64,000 nucleotides of DNA from Clostridia bacterium (GCA_017462795.1 JAFTQL010000041.1:8489-72488), one strand, 5' to 3'; counted from the stretch's first letter, positions 27,388 to 37,362 are shown. Made by a program: numbers and translations. The notes: generated by a model from the sequence alone, not told the origin.

Positions 27388-28245
27388 TCAAGAATATTTT
27401 CTTCTGTATTCGGTCGGCGAGATGCCGTATTTCTGCCTGAACTTCTGTGAGAAGTGGGAGGAATTATTGAAGGACAGAGCAAAGGCAATGTCCGTTATGC
27501 TGTAGTCTGTGCCGCAGATGAGATTTTCCGCCGCCTCAAGCTTGGTATCAAGAATAAAGCGGTGCAGGGAAACGCCGGTTGCTTTTTTCATTATCCTCGA
27601 TATATAGTTGGGATGATAGGAAAAGGTCCGCGCGATGGATGCGGCATCTATATTGGCATTTACGTTTTTGTGGATGTAGTCGATGATCTTCTGGGCGACA
27701 TTTGAATGATCACAGCCTGCTTGCGGATTGCTCTCTCGGGCAATGCACAAGAGCATCTGATGGATGTATACGTTGATGAACTCATCGCAAAGAGGATTCA
27801 TCTGCTCTATCTCGCGCAGTATTTTGCGGCAGATATGAAATGCCGCCTCTGAAACGATGTGCTGCGGAGAGTTGAAAACAGGATGATCGGTGAAGACATA
27901 CTTATCAATTATCTTGTATTGCGTGAACAGATATGGCTGGATCAGTGCCTGGGTGTCAAAATCCGCATTCTGACGCGTCATATCAAAAAATATATTGAAA
28001 ATGTAGATCTCATCGGTGAGATGCTCGGAGGAGTATTTGACACCGGGCGGAAGAAAGACTATGCTTCCCGCATTGCAATCAAAGCATGTTGAGTCTACGG
28101 TGACCTTGCACGAACCGTTTATGACACATATAAATCTGTAGGTCTGAGCAAATTTGTTGTACGTAGCCTTGTTCTTCTTAGTGTTCAGCCACGGAAAATA
28201 GTTAAAAACGCGAGGAGAAATGTGATTGATATCAAGGGTATTCAT
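27388..28245 (-). CDS. AraC-family transcriptional regulator (locus B)
   Basis: C-terminal HTH ...SITDIAFALSFNNSSHFSQKFRQKYGISPTEYR. Divergent from the SBP gene at 28388. Confidence 0.85.
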   Translation of the reverse strand: MNTLDINHISPRVFNYFPWLNTKKNKATYNKFAQTYRFICVINGSCKVTVDSTCFDCNAGSIVFLPPGVKYSSEHLTDEIYIFNIFFDMTRQNADFDTQALIQPYLFTQYKIIDKYVFTDHPVFNSPQHIVSEAAFHICRKILREIEQMNPLCDEFINVYIHQMLLCIARESNPQAGCDHSNVAQKIIDYIHKNVNANIDAASIARTFSYHPNYISRIMKKATGVSLHRFILDTKLEAAENLICGTDYSITDIAFALSFNNSSHFSQKFRQKYGISPTEYRRKYS

Positions 28246-28387
28246 TACGTGCCTCCTATGCTTGGTTTTACTTATATTAGTTTATCACAAAAGCGAAAAA
28301 TTATCAATCCCATAATTGTAATTTGGTTAAAAATACAACAAACAAAAAATGATATGGATAAAACACAACAACACGAAAGGAAAGTTT

Positions 28388-29857
28388 ATGAAAATAACGG
28401 TAAGAATACTTTCATTGCTCCTGTCGCTGCTCGTGCTTGCGGGAGTACTCATATCCTGCGGTGAGGATGACGGTGACTCCAAGGATACGGGCAATTCCGT
28501 ATCTACGGGCGACCTGACAGCTGAGCTTGACGTTGGCAGAGAGGACAACGGCGGAAAGGATATAAGAATACTGTACAATAAAAATACCGCGACTTACGAT
28601 GTTTTCAAAGAACTCAGCACAGACAGTGTAGGCTCGGCAATGTTCAGCCGCGACATGACGGTTGAGGATCATCTGGGCATAAATCTTGATTATTACATTG
28701 AGGATGGTTCATGGAACCAGAGGCAGGAGTTTAACCAGAAGATACAGGCAAGCGCGCAGGCAGGGGCTGAATACGATTATGACATAGTGTTCGCCCATCC
28801 CTCTTGCTCGCTTGTAAACAACGCGTCCATGAACTGCTTTAAGAACATGTACGATTATTCCGACATCATTTCATTTGACAAGGTCTGGTGGCTTACGGGC
28901 ATGGACGATTACGCTATCAACAATACTCTGTTCTGCGTATTCGGCGATGCCACTCTCAGTACCTACAACCAGATGGCGGTGGTATATTTCAATCAGCAGA
29001 TACTTGCTAACGAGGGACTTACCTCTCCCTATGAATTGGTCAGAAATAACCAGTGGACATATGAGAGATTGTTCGCTGACGCGCTGAAGATCAGCGGCGA
29101 CCTTGACGGTGACGGACAGATAAGCTATCTGACGGATATAGTCGGATATGTTCAGGCGTCTACTCCCGCGCGCGGATGGCTGTCATCCCTTGAGCTTGAC
29201 CTTGTGCAGAAGAACTCCGACGGAACACTTACCGTTGGTGAATCTGCTCCGGAAAAGCTCATTGATGTGTACGATAAGCTTTACGCATTCTTTTCCAACA
29301 ACAATAATATTGTAAGCGGCAGCGGAGATGAGCTTCAAGCCACCTTTACCGACGGCAGATGCCTTTATCTGCTGAGCACTCTTGCCGATATAGATTACTT
29401 CTCCTTCGGAGCTATGGAGGATGACTGGGGAATAATTCCCATGCCAAAGTACAGCACCGAGCAAAATGACTATATCACACCCGTGGGTACGTCCGTGGCT
29501 ATGATGGCTATCATGAACAATGTGTCTGATGGCGAGCTTTGCGCAAAGGTGCTTGAGTGCATGTCGTATTTTGCCAATAAGATGGTCGTTGACGAATACT
29601 ATGTAAAGACACTCGGCGAGCGCCGCGCGAGGGACGAGAATGTGGCGGGAATGCTTGACATTATCCGCAAAGGCTCAAAGCTTACCTTTGTAGCCGTATA
29701 TCAGGATTCATTTACCACACCCATATACAATCTTCTCCAGATGGACGAGAAGTGGAGAAACGAGAAGGTGGGGGCAAGTGTTGCTTCTTATTGGAGGAGC
29801 AATTACAGAAGCTGGCGCGGAAATCTTACCGAGCTTCAGCAGCTTGGCAAGGGTTAA
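28388..29857 (+). CDS. extracellular solute-binding-protein-like lipoprotein (orphan, locus B copy)
   Basis: Start set at the ATG at 28388 (MKITVRILS...). Lipobox LISC. Paralogous to 13055-14515. Confidence 0.75.
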   Translation: MKITVRILSLLLSLLVLAGVLISCGEDDGDSKDTGNSVSTGDLTAELDVGREDNGGKDIRILYNKNTATYDVFKELSTDSVGSAMFSRDMTVEDHLGINLDYYIEDGSWNQRQEFNQKIQASAQAGAEYDYDIVFAHPSCSLVNNASMNCFKNMYDYSDIISFDKVWWLTGMDDYAINNTLFCVFGDATLSTYNQMAVVYFNQQILANEGLTSPYELVRNNQWTYERLFADALKISGDLDGDGQISYLTDIVGYVQASTPARGWLSSLELDLVQKNSDGTLTVGESAPEKLIDVYDKLYAFFSNNNNIVSGSGDELQATFTDGRCLYLLSTLADIDYFSFGAMEDDWGIIPMPKYSTEQNDYITPVGTSVAMMAIMNNVSDGELCAKVLECMSYFANKMVVDEYYVKTLGERRARDENVAGMLDIIRKGSKLTFVAVYQDSFTTPIYNLLQMDEKWRNEKVGASVASYWRSNYRSWRGNLTELQQLGKG

Positions 29858-29895
29858 GCGCATTAAAAAACAGCTCGTTTACAGGTAAAATAATA

Positions 29896-29927
29896 ACATG
29901 GGGCTGTTACGTCTGTGACAGCCCCAT
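29896..29927 (+). terminator. stem-loop between the SBP and PHP genes (weak terminator or processing/stability element)
   Basis: Perfect 11-bp stem catggggctgt / acagccccatg. No clear T-run follows. Confidence 0.35.
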
Positions 29928-29961
29928 GTCTGTCAGATGCAATTAATAAAGGAGAAAAACA

Positions 29962-32904
29962 ATGAAATGCTATTTTGGAGAAGTTCATTCACATACCACA
30001 GAGTCCGACGGTAAGGGAGGCTCGCCGAGAGACGCTTATGTGTACGCGAGAGACATTGGTAAAGCCGATTATTTCGCTGTTACCGACCACAATACCCATC
30101 TCAGGGAAGAAAACTATATCCCGCTTGTGCGCTCTCTTTCCGATGAATTCAGTGAGGACGGACGCTATGCCGCGCTTTATGGATATGAGATGAGCTATGA
30201 TGCCGCCTCGGGCTTTTACGGACACCTCAATATACTGGGGTCGCATAACATTGAGGGTACGGATGTCAAGCTGAGAGATTGGTATGATATGCTCCGTCAA
30301 AGGAGAGAGGATATCATCGGTCAGTTCAACCATCCGGGCGAAAAATGGGGAGATTTCGAGGAGTTCCGATATGATGAGGACATGGCAAGGGTATTCAGGC
30401 TTATTGAGCTTCGCATAGAGGAATACGGCGTGCCCGTCATAGAGACGGAGTACGAAAGATGCCTGTCAAAGGGTTGGCATGTGGGTCCTGTGAGCAATGA
30501 GGATACTCACGGACGGGACTGGACGACCTGCCGTGAGGAAACGGGAGCGGTGTTGGCTGAGTCGCTGAGCCGTGAGGACATTGCGGACGCAATGCGAAAA
30601 AATCGGACATACGCCACAAGCGACCGCTCACTTAAAGTATTCTACCGAGCCAACGGAGAGTGGATAGGCTCAACACTGCAAAAGACAGGGCGGCTTTATA
30701 TTGAGGCGGATATGACAACGGAGAAGGAATGCGGTCTTGGTATAGTCCAGGCGGTGGGAGAGCACAATACCGTGCTTGCGCAGATCGATCTCGGCAATGA
30801 GAAGAGCTATGTCTGGCATCTTTGTATTCCCGACAGTCACAGGTACGTTTATATTCGCAGACACTGCGGTCTTGAGTATGCTGTGACCGCGCCTGTGTGG
30901 GTGGAACAGCCCGATGCCTTTGATCTGGATGTTGAATTTGGATTTGATACTTACGGCGTTCGTGTCGAGGGGAAGCTTAAGAATATCTCGGATACCGCTC
31001 TTACGGATATACGTGCTTATGCGTATGTCGGAAGCTCAAGGCTTGTGGAGGGCATTCCTCTTGATATAGGCATATGTCGGCTTTCGGCGGGAGAGACGGC
31101 GGACGTGAGCTTGTCCTTGGACTTTGATTATCTCATGAATGATGTTGTGATAGAGATATGCGCTGATATGGGCGGACTTCCCGTGAGGGTATCAAAGAAA
31201 ATGCATACCTGTCCGCTTACCGTTGATAAGATATTTCCATCCACGACGAGATATTCGGCGCAGCGCTATTACGGTCATCCCTTCTTCTGTGTTGACATAC
31301 GTAATCTTTCCCCTTTACCCGTGGATGCCTCAGCGTATACCTTCCGCTTTTATCACCACGTCGGTATTGCATATGAGGACTTTTTTATTGACAGGATTAT
31401 CGGCGGAGGGGAGACAGTGACTGTGTGGTTTCGCTCCGATCGCCTGCTTGACGAAAAAGACTTTAACCAATACTTTGACACCGACCTTGTGGAGGGCAGG
31501 GAGCTTATATCCGTTCCTGTCAGCATAAAAAGCGGAAAGGAGCTTTGCAGAAAGTTGTTGATATGCAGAGGAAATAACACCGCGCGCAGAGCGTGGATAA
31601 GATATTCAGAGCTTCAGAATACGCACATTCCCGTTGGAAGCGCTATCGGTTACTCTGCCATGCCCGGAAGCGCTACCGCAAAGGTCACAGGTATCTATGA
31701 CGATGCCGTGCCGCACGTGTGCGGTGATGATGGGAGCATACCTGCATTTAAGGATATTGCCAAGAGGCGGACGGCACTTCCGGGAAAGAACAGACAGCTT
31801 GGCAAGGTGGTCTGCTTTGCTGACGGTAAAGAGGACGAAAAAGCCCTTCTTGACGGCATAAGCAGAATTGGAGATGCGGACAGTGTGGAGCTCGTATGGG
31901 GTTCAAATGAGAATGAGCGTACCGACGCTTATATTAAAAGAGAGGGAGATCGCCTGCTTCGTGCCATCGCCGGGAGCGATGCGGATACGGTGGCTTTGTG
32001 TCTTGGCGGCAGAGATTGCGGTGTGGGACAGCATTTGTGGCTGGAGCGCAATTTTCTGTCCCTTGCCACACTGCTTGAAGGGATGTGTCTGTATATGTCG
32101 GCATTGGGCAAAAGGACGGTGCTTATCAGCCCATCAACGGGCAGAGAGTATACTGCCGACTACGCAAGATTGCAAAGAACGCTGGCAACCGTGGCTGATA
32201 CTGTAGGATGCATGACAGACGTTGACAAAAGATCACTTATTCCCGTGTCGGTCAAGGCTTCCGATATACCCGAGGATATAAAGCCCGTTGACGGTGCGCT
32301 TAAGATAGCTTGTATAGGCGACGGATATACAGGCGGCGGTGGGGGAATAACACCCTATCCCACAAATCTGCAATGTCTTTTCGGAGATCGTGCCGATGTG
32401 CGTATATTCTCTGCCGAGGGCGCTATTGCCGCTGAGGGCAGCAATCTGAATTTCAATATTTGCGCGGGAGAGATGTTGAGTGAAATGGAGCGCTTTGACC
32501 CCGACGCGGTGGTTTTGTGGCTTTGTATGACAGACCTTAAAATAAAGAACTGTCGAGAGTGGGATACCTTCAGAGAGAGGTATATGAGCGGATTCCTGAA
32601 GGTTGTTGAGAATCTCGCAAGAAAGGTAAAAAAACGGACGAGGCTTTATGTGATATCCGCTTTCCGACGTAGACCCGATGACATCCGTGTTGAGGTGGCA
32701 ATGAGAGCGGGAGACGGACTGGCGGCTACGGTAAGAGAGCTTGCGGAAAGAGTCGGAGCGGAGCACATCGATATCATGGAGGCAAGCGTTGAGAATCCGG
32801 AATTGATTGCGGTGGGTAGAAATAAAGTAAATTATCTGAGTGAAGCGGGCAGTATGTATCTCGCTCAGGCTGTATACCGTGAGATTGCCAAGCTAATGAA
32901 ATGA
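29962..32904 (+). CDS. large cytoplasmic multidomain protein: N-terminal PHP-family metallohydrolase (CehA/McbA-like) plus C-terminal SGNH-like domain(s)
   Basis: GEVHSHTTESDG, AVTDHN, QFNHPG and NEDTHG (PHP metal ligands). C-terminal IACIGDGYTGGGG follows an SGNH-like layout. AAAGGAG RBS. Confidence 0.65.
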   Translation: MKCYFGEVHSHTTESDGKGGSPRDAYVYARDIGKADYFAVTDHNTHLREENYIPLVRSLSDEFSEDGRYAALYGYEMSYDAASGFYGHLNILGSHNIEGTDVKLRDWYDMLRQRREDIIGQFNHPGEKWGDFEEFRYDEDMARVFRLIELRIEEYGVPVIETEYERCLSKGWHVGPVSNEDTHGRDWTTCREETGAVLAESLSREDIADAMRKNRTYATSDRSLKVFYRANGEWIGSTLQKTGRLYIEADMTTEKECGLGIVQAVGEHNTVLAQIDLGNEKSYVWHLCIPDSHRYVYIRRHCGLEYAVTAPVWVEQPDAFDLDVEFGFDTYGVRVEGKLKNISDTALTDIRAYAYVGSSRLVEGIPLDIGICRLSAGETADVSLSLDFDYLMNDVVIEICADMGGLPVRVSKKMHTCPLTVDKIFPSTTRYSAQRYYGHPFFCVDIRNLSPLPVDASAYTFRFYHHVGIAYEDFFIDRIIGGGETVTVWFRSDRLLDEKDFNQYFDTDLVEGRELISVPVSIKSGKELCRKLLICRGNNTARRAWIRYSELQNTHIPVGSAIGYSAMPGSATAKVTGIYDDAVPHVCGDDGSIPAFKDIAKRRTALPGKNRQLGKVVCFADGKEDEKALLDGISRIGDADSVELVWGSNENERTDAYIKREGDRLLRAIAGSDADTVALCLGGRDCGVGQHLWLERNFLSLATLLEGMCLYMSALGKRTVLISPSTGREYTADYARLQRTLATVADTVGCMTDVDKRSLIPVSVKASDIPEDIKPVDGALKIACIGDGYTGGGGGITPYPTNLQCLFGDRADVRIFSAEGAIAAEGSNLNFNICAGEMLSEMERFDPDAVVLWLCMTDLKIKNCREWDTFRERYMSGFLKVVENLARKVKKRTRLYVISAFRRRPDDIRVEVAMRAGDGLAATVRELAERVGAEHIDIMEASVENPELIAVGRNKVNYLSEAGSMYLAQAVYREIAKLMK

Positions 32905-32937
32905 TCAACAGCCAAGCCTTGCGACGGTTAGTGTCGC

Positions 32938-34911
32938 TTGAGAATAAAAATAAAATTACTCGGAGAGGAAAACGGTCTTGCTTATACCGTTAAGATATTC
33001 GTTCCCGCCGATGACTTCTGCGAGTGCTGGATAGTTGATATAAAGGATACGAGCGGAAGGCAAAGACACCTGAAGCTTCATGCCGCCCAAACATGGAGCT
33101 TTCACAATCGACTTATGCGATACGGAAAGAAAAAGCCCTGCGAGAATCTTGTGAAAACAGCCACGGACATGGGATATATCGCAGAGGCAAAGGAGTTGGG
33201 AGCTCCCTTTGATACGCTTTACGGCGGCTTTGGTATCAGCGACAAAACAAATGCGCTTACAGAGAAAAGGGTGGAAAAAAAGCTGTGTACGCATAAAAAG
33301 GATCCCGCGGTCTATAAGGATTTTGTCTATCATCCTGTTCACCTTTATTCCGATATGATATTAAATGCGGGAGAGACCGTCACACGCACTGTGATCTCTG
33401 CCGCATCCGACAGAATTGACGACGTGCTTGCATCCATGGAAAAATACGCGGACTGCGACACTGCCGGGAGAGCGTGTGACGCGACAGTGGAGCGTTATGA
33501 TCGGGAGTTTGACATAAATACCTGCACTCTTCCCGATAAAAATCTTGAGAGATTTCTCAATACATGGCTTAAGTATCAGCTTGGTCTTACTTATATTTAC
33601 AACCGAAACTCACAGACAGGCGGTTTCCGTGACGTTCTTCAGGACTGTTGGGGCGCTATGCTCATTCGTCCCGACTACTCCAAGGAAAGACTCATGGAGG
33701 CGCTGTCCCACGTATACAGTGACGGTCACAGCATGAGAGGCTATGATTCCTATGCGGGGCTTACAGATCCCGATGATTTTGTTGACTGTCCTCTATGGGC
33801 GCCCTGCTCGGTGGCGCAGTACCTTAAAGAAACGGGAGATTTCGCGTTTCTCGATATCAGTCTGCCCTATTTCGACACCGAACAGACCGAGAGCGTTGAG
33901 CGCCATCTTTGGAGGATGCTTGAGCACGCATACAACAAGCGAGGCGCTAACGGACTCGTTCTTATGCGCGATGGCGACTGGCTTGACGGACTGTCGGGCG
34001 TTGATCAGAACGGCACAGCCACATCGGCGTGGGCTACTATGCAGGCTTTTTGGGCGCAGAACATTATGGCGGAGATATATGACGCCGTAGGAGACGCGCA
34101 AAAAGCCGACATCCTCCGCCGCCGCAGTGAGGAATACAAGACAGCCGTGAGAAGCGAGGCATGGGATGGTAAATGGTATGTTTACGGATTTAAGAGTGAC
34201 GGACTGCCTATCGGATCATCAAAGTGCCGTGAGGGTAAGATATACCTTAATCCCCAGGCATGGGCGTTGCTTACGGGGATTGAGGATGACCCAGCCCGCA
34301 TCTCTTCTATCCGCCGTTCGGTCAATACCTATCTTACAACCGTATTCGGTCCACTGCTTTTGTATCCTCCTTATGTAAATGACACCACCTGCGGCAGACT
34401 CAGCGGACAGATACCCGGTACATTCGCCAATGCCGCCGTATATCTTCATGGAGGAACATTCAAGGTGTTCGGAGATATTGCCGCAGGGGAATACGACGAC
34501 GCGTATGATACTCTTATGCGCCTTCTTCCAAATCATACCGATAATTCCGACAGTCGACGCACAAGTGAGCCATGGTGTACCGGAAACGTGCATTTCGGAC
34601 CCGATAACCCTTGCTTTGGTATGAATTTGTTTACATGGTTTACTGCCACTCCCGCATGGCTAATTCACGCGGGATTCGGAAGGATACTTGGAGTTGAGGC
34701 AGAGTTCAACGGACTGCGTATACATCCCCGTGTTCCGTCCGATTGGAATGAATATTCCATGAAGAGACTTTACAGAGGCAAGACATATATCCTTAATTTC
34801 CGTCGAGCCGGGGACGGGGAAAGAGTGGGTATCTACCGAGGCAGCAGATACATAGCCGAGAACATACTTCCCATGAATAGCGACGAGGGCGTATATACGG
34901 TCATATATTAA
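32938..34911 (+). CDS. GH94-like (alpha/alpha)6-barrel glycoside phosphorylase/hydrolase homologue, N-terminally short
   Basis: GGFRDVLQDCWG and RDGDWLDG resemble the GH94 RD..QD and GDWND blocks. TTG start directly after an in-frame TAG, with no visible RBS. Confidence 0.55.
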   Translation: MRIKIKLLGEENGLAYTVKIFVPADDFCECWIVDIKDTSGRQRHLKLHAAQTWSFHNRLMRYGKKKPCENLVKTATDMGYIAEAKELGAPFDTLYGGFGISDKTNALTEKRVEKKLCTHKKDPAVYKDFVYHPVHLYSDMILNAGETVTRTVISAASDRIDDVLASMEKYADCDTAGRACDATVERYDREFDINTCTLPDKNLERFLNTWLKYQLGLTYIYNRNSQTGGFRDVLQDCWGAMLIRPDYSKERLMEALSHVYSDGHSMRGYDSYAGLTDPDDFVDCPLWAPCSVAQYLKETGDFAFLDISLPYFDTEQTESVERHLWRMLEHAYNKRGANGLVLMRDGDWLDGLSGVDQNGTATSAWATMQAFWAQNIMAEIYDAVGDAQKADILRRRSEEYKTAVRSEAWDGKWYVYGFKSDGLPIGSSKCREGKIYLNPQAWALLTGIEDDPARISSIRRSVNTYLTTVFGPLLLYPPYVNDTTCGRLSGQIPGTFANAAVYLHGGTFKVFGDIAAGEYDDAYDTLMRLLPNHTDNSDSRRTSEPWCTGNVHFGPDNPCFGMNLFTWFTATPAWLIHAGFGRILGVEAEFNGLRIHPRVPSDWNEYSMKRLYRGKTYILNFRRAGDGERVGIYRGSRYIAENILPMNSDEGVYTVIY

Positions 34912-34935
34912 ATTTTTTAAAATCATTGAAATCTA

Positions 34936-34964
34936 TTGAAAAAGTATTGTCGGTATGCTATAAT
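34936..34964 (+). promoter_or_regulatory. sigma-A-like promoter for the GH2 gene
   Basis: TTGAAA (34936-34941), 17 nt, then TG-n-TATAAT (34959-34964). Confidence 0.5.
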
Positions 34965-35013
34965 TGTATAAAATATATGTTATTTGTTTTTTAAAAAAGG
35001 TAAGGGTATTCAT

Positions 35014-37362
35014 ATGCGAGAGAAAATATTATTTGACAGTGATTGGTATTTTCACCGAGGTGATCTCAATACGGCTTATTCTTCATATAAGGGGATCGCG
35101 TATATAAGTGCCAAGACGGAAAGATATCATGTAGGTCCTGCGAGCAAGGACTATAATATATCAAAGAAATTCAATTCCGACATGGAGCATAAGCCCGAGC
35201 TTTGGGAAAGCGTACAGCTACCGCACGATTATCTTATAGGTGATATACCCGATAGCGGATGCAATGAGGCAAGGGGATTTTGTCACTATGAGAACGCATG
35301 GTATATCAAGCATTTCAGACTTGATGGAGCAGACCGCGACAGGCGTATTACCCTGTTTTTCGAGGGAGTCGCAAACCGCGCCACTGTCTATGTAAACGGC
35401 TGTCTTATGAAGCACAATTTTTGCGGATATACATCCTTTGAGGTGGATATTACAGATGTGGCGAGGTTCGGGGAGACCGAAAATGTGATTTCCGTGTATG
35501 TCAATACCGAAGAACCCGAGGGCTGGTGGTATGAGGGAGCGGGTATCTACCGCCATGTGTGGCTTTGCAAGACCGAGCTGACCTCAGTCGATCTTTGGGG
35601 AGTCTACGCCTGCCCGGTGTATGTGGGAGAGGGTAAATGGAGCGTAGACACACAGGTCACCTTGAGAAACGACAGCGTAAAGCCAAAGATACTCAAAATA
35701 AAAGGCGAGATACTTGATGCCGACGGACGCGTTGTGACTGCCTCGGAGGTGGGTGGAAGGGTGTCGCCCAAGGATACGAGAACTTTGTCTTATAAATTCA
35801 GTGTGACAGACCCGTGCTTGTGGTCTCCCGAGCGTCCTTACAGGTATACGGTCCGCACCCGCGTGTACTCCGGAGAGAGGCTTGCGGACGAGGTTTATGA
35901 CAAGATCGGCTTCCGCACGTTTTACATGGACGCGAATAAGGGGCTTTTCATAAACGGTAAGCACTATAAGATCAAGGGCGTTTGCGGACATTCTTCCTGC
36001 GGGCTTACGGGAAAGTGGATACCCGACAATCTTGAGAAGTATAAAGTCAGCAAGATAAAGGAGATGGGAGCTAACGGATACAGAACCAGTCACTATCCCC
36101 AGTCGGAGGCACTCATGGAGGCGCTGGACGAAAGCGGATTTATCGTTATGGACGAAACACGTTGGTTTGAGTCTACGGAGGAGGGCAAGGAACAGCTCGC
36201 CATGCTTGTAAAGCGTGATCGCAACCGTCCCTGTGTTTTCTTCTGGTGCGTGGGTAATGAAGAGCCTTTCCATACTTCCGAGGCGGGAAAGCGGATATTC
36301 TCAAGCCTCAAGGCATTTGTTAATAAGCTTGATCCATCGCGTCCCGTTATGACGGCGGTTACTCATGATCCGAAGAACGCTACTGTTTTTGATGACTCGG
36401 AGATAATTTCCGTAAACTATAAATGGAATCATTATGACGCATTAAGAGAAAAATATCCCGATAAGCCGTTTCTCGCGTCGGAGTGCGCCGCGGCGGGAAG
36501 CACCAGAGGATGGTATTTTCCATCGGATGCCACACGTGGTCTGCTGACGGCTTTTGATACCGACACCAACACTCAGCTTATGTGCCGCGAGAAAACATGG
36601 AGGTTTATCGCCGAAAGGGATTGGGTCATGGGCGGATATCAATGGATATCATTTGATCACAGAGGAGAGGCAGTATGGCCCCGACTCAGTTCACAAAGCG
36701 GAGCCTTTGACATGTATTTTCAGAAGAAGGACGCTTTTTATCAGAATCTTTCACACTGGACGGATATGCGGGATAAGCCTATGATCCATCTTTTGCCCCA
36801 TTGGAATTTCCGAGGCTTGGAGGGACACAGGATAAGAGTGGTGGCATATACCAATGCGCCTGAGGCGGAGCTTTTTCTTAACGGAAGGAGTCTTGGCAGG
36901 GTGTTCGTGGAGCGTTACGGTCATGGAGAGTGGCAAGTACCCTATGAGGCGGGAGAGCTGACGGCGGTGGCTTATAATGCCAATGGAGAGATGGTCGCCG
37001 CGGATAAAAAGATAACCACAGGTAATGGAAAAAGATTGGTCCTTGTTGCCGAAACGGGAAAGGTAAGCGCTGGGGATGTAGCTCTTGTGTTCTGTCATGT
37101 TGAGGACGCTGAGGGAAGAGAAGTACCCGATGCCTGTCCTTATGTGAGCTTTTCATGCTCAGGGGCGGGTAAGATCATAGCTACAGGCTCGGGTGTTACC
37201 GACCATACCTCCGCGTGTCTGCCCGAAAGAAAGATGTGGCAGGGAAGTATTACTGTCGCAGTGAAAATATTGACGGATGCCGACAGCGGTTGTACAGTTT
37301 ACGCGCAGGCAGACAGTCTTGAAAGTGCGGCAGTGGAAATAGAGTTGGAAAGTATTCGATAA
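35014..37362 (+). CDS. glycoside hydrolase family 2 (beta-galactosidase/beta-glucuronidase-like), cytoplasmic
   Basis: NGYRTSHYPQ and WCVGNEE (acid/base NE) motifs. DSDWYF N-terminal sugar-binding domain. Start set at the ATG at 35014. Confidence 0.85.
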   Translation: MREKILFDSDWYFHRGDLNTAYSSYKGIAYISAKTERYHVGPASKDYNISKKFNSDMEHKPELWESVQLPHDYLIGDIPDSGCNEARGFCHYENAWYIKHFRLDGADRDRRITLFFEGVANRATVYVNGCLMKHNFCGYTSFEVDITDVARFGETENVISVYVNTEEPEGWWYEGAGIYRHVWLCKTELTSVDLWGVYACPVYVGEGKWSVDTQVTLRNDSVKPKILKIKGEILDADGRVVTASEVGGRVSPKDTRTLSYKFSVTDPCLWSPERPYRYTVRTRVYSGERLADEVYDKIGFRTFYMDANKGLFINGKHYKIKGVCGHSSCGLTGKWIPDNLEKYKVSKIKEMGANGYRTSHYPQSEALMEALDESGFIVMDETRWFESTEEGKEQLAMLVKRDRNRPCVFFWCVGNEEPFHTSEAGKRIFSSLKAFVNKLDPSRPVMTAVTHDPKNATVFDDSEIISVNYKWNHYDALREKYPDKPFLASECAAAGSTRGWYFPSDATRGLLTAFDTDTNTQLMCREKTWRFIAERDWVMGGYQWISFDHRGEAVWPRLSSQSGAFDMYFQKKDAFYQNLSHWTDMRDKPMIHLLPHWNFRGLEGHRIRVVAYTNAPEAELFLNGRSLGRVFVERYGHGEWQVPYEAGELTAVAYNANGEMVAADKKITTGNGKRLVLVAETGKVSAGDVALVFCHVEDAEGREVPDACPYVSFSCSGAGKIIATGSGVTDHTSACLPERKMWQGSITVAVKILTDADSGCTVYAQADSLESAAVEIELESIR

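Noticed and set aside
34930-34943. 14-nt string aatctattgaaaaa shared by the GH2 promoter and the ACT/UPF0210 promoter (37458-37471).
   Set aside because: The match is centred on the TTGAAA -35 element in AT-rich DNA. It is too short to claim a common operator without comparative data.
4156-37362. Possibility that the accessory region is a mobile genomic island, or that the duplication is IS-mediated.
   Set aside because: No transposase, integrase, recombinase, tRNA attachment site or flanking direct or inverted repeats were seen. The paralogues are diverged at the DNA level.
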